Shown in pieces: positions 19,239 to 28,440 of a stretch of 64,000 nucleotides of DNA (within the stretch, counting starts at the first letter, position 1; the number at the start of each line of letters is the position of its first letter). The notes beneath the pieces are model-generated. The model was not told the DNA's origin and made no database searches. It saw only the letters and a program-made list of their open reading frames with translations. The DNA is from Candidatus Poseidoniales archaeon. Lineage in GTDB: Archaea > Thermoplasmatota > Poseidoniia > Poseidoniales > Poseidoniaceae. The translations under genes and the position numbers were made by a program. Where the stretch lies: assembly GCA_038110525.1 (NCBI GenBank), contig JAYNJV010000003.1, positions 7,644-71,643 of the forward strand, given 5' to 3'.

Positions 19239-19871
19239 CTACTGTAATTCGAGCCATGCAAGGAAAATGACAATCGGAAGACTGTACAACACGACTTTCT
19301 CAATCGTGTTGGATTTCTCTACCTGTGACAAGACTGTTGGTGGTAAAACTTCGATTGAAGATGTGGTTCTTTTTACTCTACTCATTGGAATTTCTTTTTC
19401 GATATAACCCAAAACATGGCTTCTCAAATCAGGGTTCCGACTCGTTTTCGTCCCTCGTCCAACAATAAATCGAACAGGAACCTTGCTCGTCAGTTGCAAT
19501 GAGGTTTTGACTACCCCTCGGATATTTGATAAATTATTCAGATCGATTCTCAATGTCCTGCCATCGGAATGAACATGGCTCATCACTCTCCAGTTTCCTT
19601 GCCCTTCATTGTATTCTTCAAGAATTTCTCTCGCTTTTTGTATTGGATTTTCATATTCGACATCAGGAACTTGACGAAATCCTAAGATTGGACCAAGTAC
19701 CAATGCGAAAAGGATTGGGAAAAAACAGAACAATTGGAGATGACGAAGTAAATCATCCGGTCGCGTGAGTGCAGATACGACGGCAACCGAAAATCCGACA
19801 TACAACCCTAACACAACTCCAGCTTGAATGCCTGTTGAAAATCCAACACGTCGTAATGGCGGGTCTTCCAC
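19239..19871 (-). CDS. membrane protein with a C-terminal Smr-like domain
   Basis: Two N-terminal transmembrane helices, then 'LRIDLNNLS...VRFIVGRGTKTSRN..LRSHVLGYI', which resembles the Smr/MutS2-C motif (hGxG..S..LR). Low certainty. Confidence 0.45.
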   Translation of the reverse strand: MEDPPLRRVGFSTGIQAGVVLGLYVGFSVAVVSALTRPDDLLRHLQLFCFFPILFALVLGPILGFRQVPDVEYENPIQKAREILEEYNEGQGNWRVMSHVHSDGRTLRIDLNNLSNIRGVVKTSLQLTSKVPVRFIVGRGTKTSRNPDLRSHVLGYIEKEIPMSRVKRTTSSIEVLPPTVLSQVEKSNTIEKVVLYSLPIVIFLAWLELQ

Positions 19872-19936
19872 GAGAACCCGACTACTTCAACACCTTTAGA
19901 TTTCATGCTAAAACCAAAATACTTCGGCGTATAACA

Positions 19937-20716
19937 ATGAACATGGTGGAAAGAAACGGCCTCGAACATCGAGGGCGTGAACAAAAATTTGCCTTTTGGT
20001 CATCCATTGTGATCGGGTTCTTTTTCATTTCATTTTTTATTGCCCCCTTTACTATTGAGAAAGGTGCAACAGGACATCTATCAGGAAATGCCAATTTGTT
20101 TGATTATGTGTCGGAAGAGGAGGACTCTTGGGGGAGTGGAGGGAACAAAAAAGTTGGACCTCATGAACATGACGACGGCGAAATCGTTGAACATTCTTCA
20201 TTTGCTTGGTCCGAGTTAAACATTTTTGCTGCATTTATCTACGGATTTGGTGACTTAAACTGTCACCAAAAACATGAACGAAGTTGGATGCTCAATGAGA
20301 ACCAATTGCCGGTTTGTACAAGAGATATCGGCATTTTCTTTGGTTTATTTTTAGGGAGCGTTGCGTTTTATTTCCGTGGTGTCAATCGATGGACTGTACG
20401 CGATACCTGCTTGTCATTGTATTCAGACCGTTGGCTCAATTCTATTTATGTAAGAAACCAGCGAACTCTTGCATGGTTACTCAGTGGAGTCATTCTTTGC
20501 TTACCATTAATTTTCGATGGATTCTATCAACTCCTCACCAGTTACGAATCGAACAACACTGTCAGAATAATGACAGGAATTCCATTTGGCTTCGGACTTG
20601 GCATTTTATTCTTGGGAATGTACGCTGCACGTTCTCAGTTTTTCTCAAATGCTACAGCTGTTAGATTACCGGGAGGAGTTTCATTCACCTTGGTCAAAAC
20701 TGAAGAATCAGAGTGA
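19937..20716 (+). CDS. DUF2085-like integral membrane protein
   Basis: 'NCHQKHERSWMLNENQLPVCTRDIGIFFGLFLG' fits the DUF2085 pattern (CHQ..RSF...CARC.G). Several transmembrane helices. Start taken at the internal Met (MNMVERNG) to avoid a roughly 100-nt antisense overlap. Confidence 0.55.
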   Translation: MNMVERNGLEHRGREQKFAFWSSIVIGFFFISFFIAPFTIEKGATGHLSGNANLFDYVSEEEDSWGSGGNKKVGPHEHDDGEIVEHSSFAWSELNIFAAFIYGFGDLNCHQKHERSWMLNENQLPVCTRDIGIFFGLFLGSVAFYFRGVNRWTVRDTCLSLYSDRWLNSIYVRNQRTLAWLLSGVILCLPLIFDGFYQLLTSYESNNTVRIMTGIPFGFGLGILFLGMYAARSQFFSNATAVRLPGGVSFTLVKTEESE

Positions 20717-22063
20717 AGGCGGCTCCATCGACCACCAGACATTCATCTCTTCCACATTTTTCGGTACTGGGCAGCCTGTGTGACCACTTGTCAAAATTTC
20801 AAGCCTCATGGAAATCTGTTGTATCATTTTCTGTTGAGATGGAGTTAAATCCGATGTGGAGGTTCCAAAAATCGATTCAAATGCCACACTCCAATCCGAT
20901 TCAGGGTTTGCCCTTCTCCACCCAGAAAACAATTGCCTTGCAGGCCACAATGCAAGTGTCAGTCTTGAATAGCCCACAGTGTCATCTCTCAATTTGAAAA
21001 CTTGGGCATCCACGAAGGGAACATGGGATTGTTGTTTGTGAATCCAATTCTCTTCCACAAGCCACTTCACAAGTCTTTGCGTATGGCGTTTAGTCACCAT
21101 TCTTGATGGTCCAAAAGATGTGTATAATCGAGGTATCTCGCACGAACCCCCCATGAGAGATAATGTTCCTAAGACCGACCAACATGAATGAGCAAATGGT
21201 GTAGCAGGAACATCATTCTCCTTCGCAGACTCGGAGTTCCAACGGCTCTCTGCGTGGTCAAACCACCATGATGGGGATTGGCCACTTAACCAATCGGTAT
21301 GAATTTCGGTTTTTTCCATAGGTGCACCTGGCAACCTTCTTTGAAGTTGAACACTTTCAACCAGTTTTGATAAGAGAACCCTATCAACCTCATCGGATGA
21401 AACATTGAGGGGTTCGGACCGCTTGTTGAAAAATCGCCTCAATTCTTCTCTAAGATTCGATTTAAGTTCATCCAAACCACCTTCATTTAAAATCGGTCCC
21501 ACAATTTGACACTTATCAAAAGGAGCAGGGACGCGTATTTCGCCTGATAGTAATTCATGAAATCCTTGACGTATTTTCTTTTGAATTTCAGTTGTTTCAA
21601 AATACTCTTGCTTACCACTGGTCATCCTGAGTGTTCCTGTTTGAATTCTTTTCATCGCTTTTTCTGGGTCGCAATCAATCCAAAACACGATGTCTGGAAT
21701 CATTGCCGCAGCGTTCATTTTCACAACTTGGTCAATTCCGAGTTCACCAACAACCCCTTGATAGATAAGTGATGAATGTACATTTCGATCGGAGACGACC
21801 ACTGAACCTTGCTCAAGATGTGGAAGAATAAAGGTGTGGGAATGGTCTAATCGGTCCGCAGCAAAAAGGCCTGCTTCCTCAAGGGGTGTTTTTTTCCCGT
21901 GTTTTACAGCAGACAAAGCAAGTTTCCCCAATTCACTCTGTCTTCGTGGTTCATGGGTTGAAATGACATCTGGAAATGGGTACTCCGAAAGGAGTTCAGC
22001 CAAAATTCGAGCCGCTTCACCTTTTCCAGAACCGTCGCCCCCCTCAACGGAAATGAGGTACAC
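20708..22063 (-). CDS. tmk: thymidylate kinase fused to a roughly 230-aa C-terminal domain of unknown function
   Basis: N-terminal 'ISVEGGDGSGKG' P-loop, 'DR..HSSLIYQG' and lid region typical of Tmk, spanning about 210 aa. The ORF continues a further 240 aa (Trp-rich: 'SPSWWFDHAESRWNSE...') with no recognisable family. Confidence 0.7.
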   Translation of the reverse strand: MYLISVEGGDGSGKGEAARILAELLSEYPFPDVISTHEPRRQSELGKLALSAVKHGKKTPLEEAGLFAADRLDHSHTFILPHLEQGSVVVSDRNVHSSLIYQGVVGELGIDQVVKMNAAAMIPDIVFWIDCDPEKAMKRIQTGTLRMTSGKQEYFETTEIQKKIRQGFHELLSGEIRVPAPFDKCQIVGPILNEGGLDELKSNLREELRRFFNKRSEPLNVSSDEVDRVLLSKLVESVQLQRRLPGAPMEKTEIHTDWLSGQSPSWWFDHAESRWNSESAKENDVPATPFAHSCWSVLGTLSLMGGSCEIPRLYTSFGPSRMVTKRHTQRLVKWLVEENWIHKQQSHVPFVDAQVFKLRDDTVGYSRLTLALWPARQLFSGWRRANPESDWSVAFESIFGTSTSDLTPSQQKMIQQISMRLEILTSGHTGCPVPKNVEEMNVWWSMEPPSL

Positions 22064-22065
22064 AT

Positions 22066-22938
22066 CTACACCCCGAGCTGGTCTTCAAATTCTTCGCGAA
22101 TGAATGTGATGAGAATCATACCAAGCAAAATGAGAAGGGGGCCGAAAATGATGAGTCCACGACTAAACAAACCGATTCCTGCCAGATAGTGTGTACGTCT
22201 GTAATGTCGTGCCCTGCGAACTTCCACAGCCCCTTGGATGCCCACAAATCCGCAAACAATGGTAACAATTCCGATAATACTCGACAACCCGACGGCTAAA
22301 TCAAGACTCCAGCCACCCGTACTCGAACGAAAATCTTCTTTTCGAACACCATCTCCTTCGGTCATTGTTGCTGGCAAAGAATTTCCACCATCAGGAATGA
22401 ATGTCCGTTCTATTGTCTCGAAACCATCTTTGGAAAAAACGAGAATGTGGACATTTGTTGTGACATTCTCAAATCGGTAATAACCATCGGAATTTGAGGT
22501 TGTAGTTTGTTGAATGATGTTATCTTCATTTTTTAGTTCAATGAGAACGGCATCAAGGCCTCCTCCATCATCATCAAATAAAACAACTCCAGTCACATCT
22601 ACGCTATCAGTTTCAGAGAAGAACGAAGATGCAAGCAAATCACCTGGATTGCCTTGAAAAATAAGAATGCCACTGATAACACCCAGAATGCTGCCGATAA
22701 GAATACACATGGATGCTACATATTGTACCCGATTGGAATCATCTTTCACAAAGGAATAGATTTGAGGTGGATTTGTTTCGACGATTGGGGAAGCAACAAT
22801 CAGTTCATCGGATGAAACAATGATTTCTTGTTCTGTTTGGTCTTGTTGAGAAAGTTTACTTTGAACTCGGGCTCTGAGAGCTTGTTTTCTTTGCTCTCTA
22901 TCGGCATCCATGTTCCTCACCCATCCATACCACTGCAT
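22066..22938 (-). CDS. membrane protein with a carboxypeptidase-regulatory-like (CarbD_reg/transthyretin-like) beta-sandwich domain
   Basis: Transmembrane helix 'VASMCILIGSILGVISGILIF', then 'TSNSDGYYRFENVTTNVHILVFSKDGFE' (a CarboxypepD_reg-like motif), then two C-terminal transmembrane helices. Confidence 0.5.
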   Translation of the reverse strand: MQWYGWVRNMDADREQRKQALRARVQSKLSQQDQTEQEIIVSSDELIVASPIVETNPPQIYSFVKDDSNRVQYVASMCILIGSILGVISGILIFQGNPGDLLASSFFSETDSVDVTGVVLFDDDGGGLDAVLIELKNEDNIIQQTTTSNSDGYYRFENVTTNVHILVFSKDGFETIERTFIPDGGNSLPATMTEGDGVRKEDFRSSTGGWSLDLAVGLSSIIGIVTIVCGFVGIQGAVEVRRARHYRRTHYLAGIGLFSRGLIIFGPLLILLGMILITFIREEFEDQLGV

Positions 22939-22963
22939 ACGCGGATATGAGTCCTTTCATTCC

Positions 22964-24157
22964 TTACCGCGCATGAACCTTCTTCAATCTATACACAAAA
23001 AGTGCAACTGATAAGCATAAAATTCCAATAGAGAGAAGACTTGGCAAAATATAATCTTCAGCAGAGGAGCCAGCATCAATAGTATTATTTTCATCATCAA
23101 CTGTATGGTTTTGTTGTGTATCATTTGTCCATTCATCATTGTGAAAATTCACAAAATAATTTTTTTGAAGACCAAATTCCATCATGCGTCCTATAGCGGT
23201 TAATGCTTCAGGTGAAACATTGTCTATCGTGTCATTTTTTGTGTGCCAAAGACTTCCAAATCCACCATTAGATACATTTCCATAGATAGGGTCCATAATA
23301 TCAATTGATGGTATACCGAGTTGATGTGGATGGACATGGTCATCAAACACAAATGTAATGTTTTGATAATCGAGAATTCCCTCAGGAAAATCTGTCTGGC
23401 ATGTAGCGTTTGGTCCATACCCAAGTCTTTGTGCAATCATTTCGATTTGTCCGTAAAGAGAATCATTTCCTGGGCTGATTTTGTGAAGTCTCAAATCTTT
23501 ATCACCAACCATGTCAAGAAGGATAAATGCTTCAATATTATCAATTTCTTCGGATGTTAAATTCTCTGCCCATGCTTTTGAACCCAGAGTAAAGTTTTGG
23601 TCTTGATCTTCTGCATCAGTCCAAAGAAACTCGACTGCATATGATAAATTCATACTTGGTATTAATCTTGCTAACTCAATGAGAACAGCCGTCCCACTTG
23701 CACCATCATTCGCTCCATCGATAGGTTGAGAACGTAAACTTTCATTTTCATCTCTATCAGCAATGTTGCGAGAGTCATAATGAGCAGAAAAAATGACCGT
23801 CTTTTCATTGTTTTGTCCATGAGGTGAAGAATATCTTGCTATAACATTCGTAAAATTATAATTTAGATGTTGATGTTGTTGCAATTCAACAACATAACCG
23901 AGGGACTGCAGAAATTCAGATACATTGTTGCGAAATTCGGTGGAAGCGTTGCTCTCTGGGATACGGGGGCCAAGTGAGACTTGCCATTCTAAATCTGAGA
24001 AGGCTCGACTGCCATTGAAATTCAAATTTTCCAATAGTCCGCAGTCGGGCGAAACTGTCGAAGAATGCCGAACAGACACCTCGTTGAAGGTGCTTGGTAA
24101 CGAAGATGATAACATAAACAAGACCATGAAAAAAACAAGCAATCTTGATGCCATCAA
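22964..24157 (-). CDS. secreted M28-family zinc peptidase / glutaminyl-cyclase-like protein, C-terminally membrane-anchored
   Basis: Signal peptide 'LLVFFMVLFMLSSSLP'. M28 motifs 'SAHYDSR', 'DGANDGASGTAVLIELAR', 'TDAEDQ'. C-terminal transmembrane helix 'ILPSLLSIGILCLSVALFVY'. Many N-x-S/T sequons. Confidence 0.7.
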   Translation of the reverse strand: MMASRLLVFFMVLFMLSSSLPSTFNEVSVRHSSTVSPDCGLLENLNFNGSRAFSDLEWQVSLGPRIPESNASTEFRNNVSEFLQSLGYVVELQQHQHLNYNFTNVIARYSSPHGQNNEKTVIFSAHYDSRNIADRDENESLRSQPIDGANDGASGTAVLIELARLIPSMNLSYAVEFLWTDAEDQDQNFTLGSKAWAENLTSEEIDNIEAFILLDMVGDKDLRLHKISPGNDSLYGQIEMIAQRLGYGPNATCQTDFPEGILDYQNITFVFDDHVHPHQLGIPSIDIMDPIYGNVSNGGFGSLWHTKNDTIDNVSPEALTAIGRMMEFGLQKNYFVNFHNDEWTNDTQQNHTVDDENNTIDAGSSAEDYILPSLLSIGILCLSVALFVYRLKKVHAR

Positions 24158-24232
24158 AGTGATGCTTCAATCACGGACACTTAAATACCACCTTTTATGT
24201 GGGAAAAAAAGAGAGCCTGCTCTCAATATGCT

Positions 24233-24239
24233 GAGGTGA
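24233..24239 (+). promoter_or_regulatory. Shine-Dalgarno-like ribosome-binding site (GAGGTGA) 4 nt upstream of the metalloprotease ATG
   Basis: Sequence 'ctGAGGTGAaagaATG' read directly. Confidence 0.5.
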
Positions 24240-24243
24240 AAGA

Positions 24244-27200
24244 ATGTATGATTTTCGCTCCACAAAGGCTTTATTCATCATCTTTCTTTTCTCACTCTCA
24301 AGTCTTCTTCCAATTCTTCCGGGGGCGGCTGAACCTGAAATTTCGCAGCCATATGATGCACCATTGGGAACGATCATCGGCGACATAAATGACTTCGACC
24401 CTTCTACTGGCTCACAATATCTCTTTATTCACGAAGAACAACCAGTAGTTTCAGCAACACAATTTTTCCGACAAGCTTGGATTGATGCTGGACGGCCAGG
24501 TGTTGATGACATGGTCGTTGACGCACAAACATCAGGTCGCGCAAGTGCCCGTGCATGTTCGCAGCATGTTGTTGGCGAAACACTGAATGTCAACACTGCG
24601 GGTGGCCAAATTAGTGCGTATGTAGCAAAAACAACTCAATCGGTCGCTTTCATCGTCGAGAGTGGCCGAACCCTATCTTCAACTGTGCTCAATAATCTTG
24701 CAAGTACTTGGGACAACACAATCTATCCGACCATGACAACATACTACGGTAAAGATTACCAAGACGGCCGAGGATTGGCTCCCCCCGATGTCGACAATAA
24801 TTGTCAAATTCAAATCATCATTTACGCTATCGATGGTGCATACAATACCGGCGGATACTTTGCTCCTTCATTTGCCAGTTCGAGAGAAGCAATTTTCGTT
24901 GATTTTGCGGACATCACCTTGAGTTGGGGAAAATCAATTCTTGCTCACGAACTTGAACATTTGTTGCACAACGCCCTTGACCCTTATGAAAATTTGTGGC
25001 TCGATGAAGGAAATGCAGACGTAGCCATCTATCTTTGCTTCGGAGTGGATTCTACACTTGTTAGTCACGTCAACCAGTGGACTGCTGCACCTGAATTGTC
25101 CGTACGATGGTGGAATCAACGATTTGCAGACTATGGTGCTGGATATCTCTTCACAATGTATCTTCAAGACCACCTTGGAGGAGGCCCAGCCGTTCGTCAA
25201 CTCGTGCAAGATACGGCTACTGGTGGTGCAGGCGTGCGCAATCTTTTGCTCTCTCCGTTAGCAGGACAAGTCGGTTTGCTTGGAAGAAACATGGGTGAAG
25301 CCTTTGCGAACTTTTCGATTGCAGTCACACTCGATTCAGACCAAGGAATCTACGGATTTCCCAATCTCAACTTGAATCCTGTCTGTTCTTCAGGTGCATT
25401 TTGCAGGGCACAACCAACTGAAATCAATAGTGATTGGAGTACACCATGGTCTTCAACTGGTAATTCTGTCGAAGGATGGGGAATTCGTTCGTTTAAATTT
25501 ACACCCGGTTCCGCCTCGCCAGCACCACTTACAATTCGTGCTACTGCAGATGTGAGTAATTTTGATGGCGTTGTGGTCTCGAAAGCCTCAACGGATGGAC
25601 TTTGGAGTGTAACGGACCTCAATTTCAACAACAATGTAGCAACTGCTCTCATACCAGGATTTGGAAACCTCACAGATGAAGTTTGGGTCATCACATGGTA
25701 CGCTAGTACCGTAGCGGACTGCGATTACACTTCATGTGGACCAAGTTACCCGCAAGGCACAATCGATGTGGAGGCTGCCAGAATTACATCTCCTGCTACA
25801 CTGAGCATCAACACGACAATGGTTTCAGACAGGGATGGCGACGGAACAGGCGATACGATGGAAATCGGATATGATGTTCTTTCCAACGCATTCTTCGAAG
25901 ACCTGGATGTAAAATTCGACGTACGCGACAGCAATGGAACCATCGTTGATACTCTCACCAGAAGAGTTCAAGCAGGCGGCGGTTCACCTGTCTCGCACAT
26001 AGTTTATTTCACTGCCCCAAAGGTTGACCAATATCGAATTGAATTCTCAATGTCCGATGTGATTGGGACGCAGGTCGACACAGCAACAACTTCCCCGACG
26101 TCCCTTGGAAATATGGCCCCAACTGCGAACGGTTCTGTATCTCAAAACGATGTACAAACTTGGGAAAACTTACAATTCATCGGGTCCGGTTTTGATGCTT
26201 GGGGGTTGTCGAATGAGAACAACACACTGCCGTATCGAGATCAGCCTGTCGCTTATTATTGGAATTTCGGAGACAACCAAAGTTCAAATCTAAAATCTCC
26301 ACTCCGTTCGTATACAGATGTAGGTCAGTACAATGCAACCTTGAGAATTCAAGACCAAGGCGGCACATGGTCGAACGTTGATGTTGAACAGGTGAATGTG
26401 ACTGATGATACTGAACCAATGCCAATTGTCACTGTGAACAATGTCATCATCGATGATGCTCTCTCGTTAATGACCAATCAGCGAATTCTATTTTCTGCAG
26501 GACGAACTGTTGACAACGTTCCAATCGATAACTTGTACTTCGAATGGGATTGGGGCGATGGAACCGTAGATTCTGGAGTTGGCGCGTATATCCAACAACA
26601 TGAATGGGGAGATATTCAAGGCGAAAATCAAACCTTCACGTTGAGCTTGACTGTATCGGATGGAATTAATGTCGGTCTTAAAGAAATTGAAGTGACCATC
26701 AACAACCGCTTACCAATTCAAGTCTACTCAGACCAACTCACGACCTCAACTTACATTCCTCTTCAAATGCCAAATGTCTTCGTCGATGACGATGGCGAAA
26801 TTATTTCCTACTTGTGGAATTTTGAAGACGGCGTCTACATTGGTAGCAAGGCACCAGACAGAAATGATGATTTCATCATGACCACATCAATTGAGAAAAA
26901 CCCATTTATTTCGTGGGATACCCCAGGCCTTAAATCAGTCACTCTTCAAGTTACGGATGACGACGGTAGCCAAGTTACTGCTCAACTGTTTGTTAATGTT
27001 CTCAATCAACAACCAATCGCCCAATTCTCGGTCCGAACCTCTTCAACATCGGGCTCTGTGCCAGTGGACTTTAGATCTGAAGATGCAACCATTGATACAC
27101 CTTACACATTTGATGGACGCACCAGTTCCGACCCAGATGGATTGGTAGGGGATTCATCGGACATCAGTTTTAACTGGACATTTTCTGATGGTACAACCAA

Positions 27201-28440
27201 CGATCGACCACAAGTTACACATTCATTTTCCTCACCAGGAATCCACACCGTGACCCTTATCGTAACCGATGCCGATGGAGAAGAGAGTTTTCCCCGCATC
27301 GTGACCCTGCATGTTCAAAACCCAAGGCCAATCATCGCTGTGAACATTCTTGATGCTTGGATTGATGGGGAGCAAGTGACAAGTTCAACCTCTTTTACGA
27401 ACACCACACAAATTGATTATTTTACCCATACTTTTGATGACGATAATAGAATTTATACTTCTCCTGGAAATATGTTGTACTTTGATTCGTATGGCACAAG
27501 GGATGCAGATAGGATGTATGAAGGCAAATTCTCTCCATACCTTGCAGATACGGAACAATGGAACGGCATTGTTGAGTACACATGGGATTTCGGTGATGCG
27601 ACACCTGTGGAACATAGTCCGTTCCCATTTCACGCCTATTTGCTTCCGGGTATCTATGATGTTTCTCTCACCGTTCGAGACAGCTTCGGAACTGGCGATG
27701 TGAGTCGAGAGACCTTCACAATTATCGTTGCATTTCCTCCAAACATCGAAACTATCCTCTTCCCAGATGATATCTATGTCGATACTGCAAATGCTGTGTT
27801 TGCAAAGATTTTGAATGAAAATGGAGATTTATACCTCTCTGAAATTTATCGAGATACCAATATTGAAGATGGTTCTATTTTCGACAGAGATGAACGTATC
27901 TCCCAAGAGTTTGATGTCTTATGGGATTTCGATACAGAAGTGGATGAAAATGCGAACGGGAACCCTGCCGATGATTGGGTTTCCCCGCTTGCTGGATCAG
28001 TATCAAGGGCAAGTACTTCATGGAGTGAGCCAGGATCATACACGGTCTTAGTACAGGTTTGTGACGGTTTTGGTACCTGTTCATTTTTGACGGCGGAAAT
28101 TGAAGTAACAATTGAGCCTTCCAATCGACCCTCGCTATCAGAATTTAGTGCTGATGAATGGAAATCTTGGCTTGCAGATGCAGGATCGGAATTTGCTAAA
28201 TTTATGGGACTTATCATCGTCGCTTTGGTCCTCGGATACCTTTGGTTAAGAGAACCTTCTGAACTCGAGGAAGAAGCAAAAGAGGCTGCTGAAACATACA
28301 ACGACTTGGAACGTGTCGAAACTCAAGGCGGGATGCTTGGTATGGATCATCATAAACCACCACCGGCTCCGAAAATACTATCGAAGGAAGAACGACGAAA
28401 TTCAGAAAGTGGATACGTTCGCCCACTCCGAAGACGATGA
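24244..28440 (+). CDS. cell-surface zinc metalloprotease (HExxH) with multiple PKD domains and a C-terminal transmembrane anchor
   Basis: 1398 aa. Signal peptide 'LFIIFLFSLSSLLPILPGAA'. Active-site region 'ILAHELEHLLHNALDPYENLWLDEGNAD'. At least five PKD-like repeats ('YYWNFGDNQ..YNATLRIQDQGG', 'FEWDWGDGT..FTLSLTVSDG', 'LWNFEDGV..VTLQVTDDDGS', 'FNWTFSDGT..HTVTLIVTDADGE', 'YTWDFGDAT..YDVSLTVRDSFG'). Transmembrane helix 'FMGLIIVALVLGYLWL' and a short basic cytoplasmic tail. Confidence 0.8.
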   Translation: MYDFRSTKALFIIFLFSLSSLLPILPGAAEPEISQPYDAPLGTIIGDINDFDPSTGSQYLFIHEEQPVVSATQFFRQAWIDAGRPGVDDMVVDAQTSGRASARACSQHVVGETLNVNTAGGQISAYVAKTTQSVAFIVESGRTLSSTVLNNLASTWDNTIYPTMTTYYGKDYQDGRGLAPPDVDNNCQIQIIIYAIDGAYNTGGYFAPSFASSREAIFVDFADITLSWGKSILAHELEHLLHNALDPYENLWLDEGNADVAIYLCFGVDSTLVSHVNQWTAAPELSVRWWNQRFADYGAGYLFTMYLQDHLGGGPAVRQLVQDTATGGAGVRNLLLSPLAGQVGLLGRNMGEAFANFSIAVTLDSDQGIYGFPNLNLNPVCSSGAFCRAQPTEINSDWSTPWSSTGNSVEGWGIRSFKFTPGSASPAPLTIRATADVSNFDGVVVSKASTDGLWSVTDLNFNNNVATALIPGFGNLTDEVWVITWYASTVADCDYTSCGPSYPQGTIDVEAARITSPATLSINTTMVSDRDGDGTGDTMEIGYDVLSNAFFEDLDVKFDVRDSNGTIVDTLTRRVQAGGGSPVSHIVYFTAPKVDQYRIEFSMSDVIGTQVDTATTSPTSLGNMAPTANGSVSQNDVQTWENLQFIGSGFDAWGLSNENNTLPYRDQPVAYYWNFGDNQSSNLKSPLRSYTDVGQYNATLRIQDQGGTWSNVDVEQVNVTDDTEPMPIVTVNNVIIDDALSLMTNQRILFSAGRTVDNVPIDNLYFEWDWGDGTVDSGVGAYIQQHEWGDIQGENQTFTLSLTVSDGINVGLKEIEVTINNRLPIQVYSDQLTTSTYIPLQMPNVFVDDDGEIISYLWNFEDGVYIGSKAPDRNDDFIMTTSIEKNPFISWDTPGLKSVTLQVTDDDGSQVTAQLFVNVLNQQPIAQFSVRTSSTSGSVPVDFRSEDATIDTPYTFDGRTSSDPDGLVGDSSDISFNWTFSDGTTNDRPQVTHSFSSPGIHTVTLIVTDADGEESFPRIVTLHVQNPRPIIAVNILDAWIDGEQVTSSTSFTNTTQIDYFTHTFDDDNRIYTSPGNMLYFDSYGTRDADRMYEGKFSPYLADTEQWNGIVEYTWDFGDATPVEHSPFPFHAYLLPGIYDVSLTVRDSFGTGDVSRETFTIIVAFPPNIETILFPDDIYVDTANAVFAKILNENGDLYLSEIYRDTNIEDGSIFDRDERISQEFDVLWDFDTEVDENANGNPADDWVSPLAGSVSRASTSWSEPGSYTVLVQVCDGFGTCSFLTAEIEVTIEPSNRPSLSEFSADEWKSWLADAGSEFAKFMGLIIVALVLGYLWLREPSELEEEAKEAAETYNDLERVETQGGMLGMDHHKPPPAPKILSKEERRNSESGYVRPLRRR

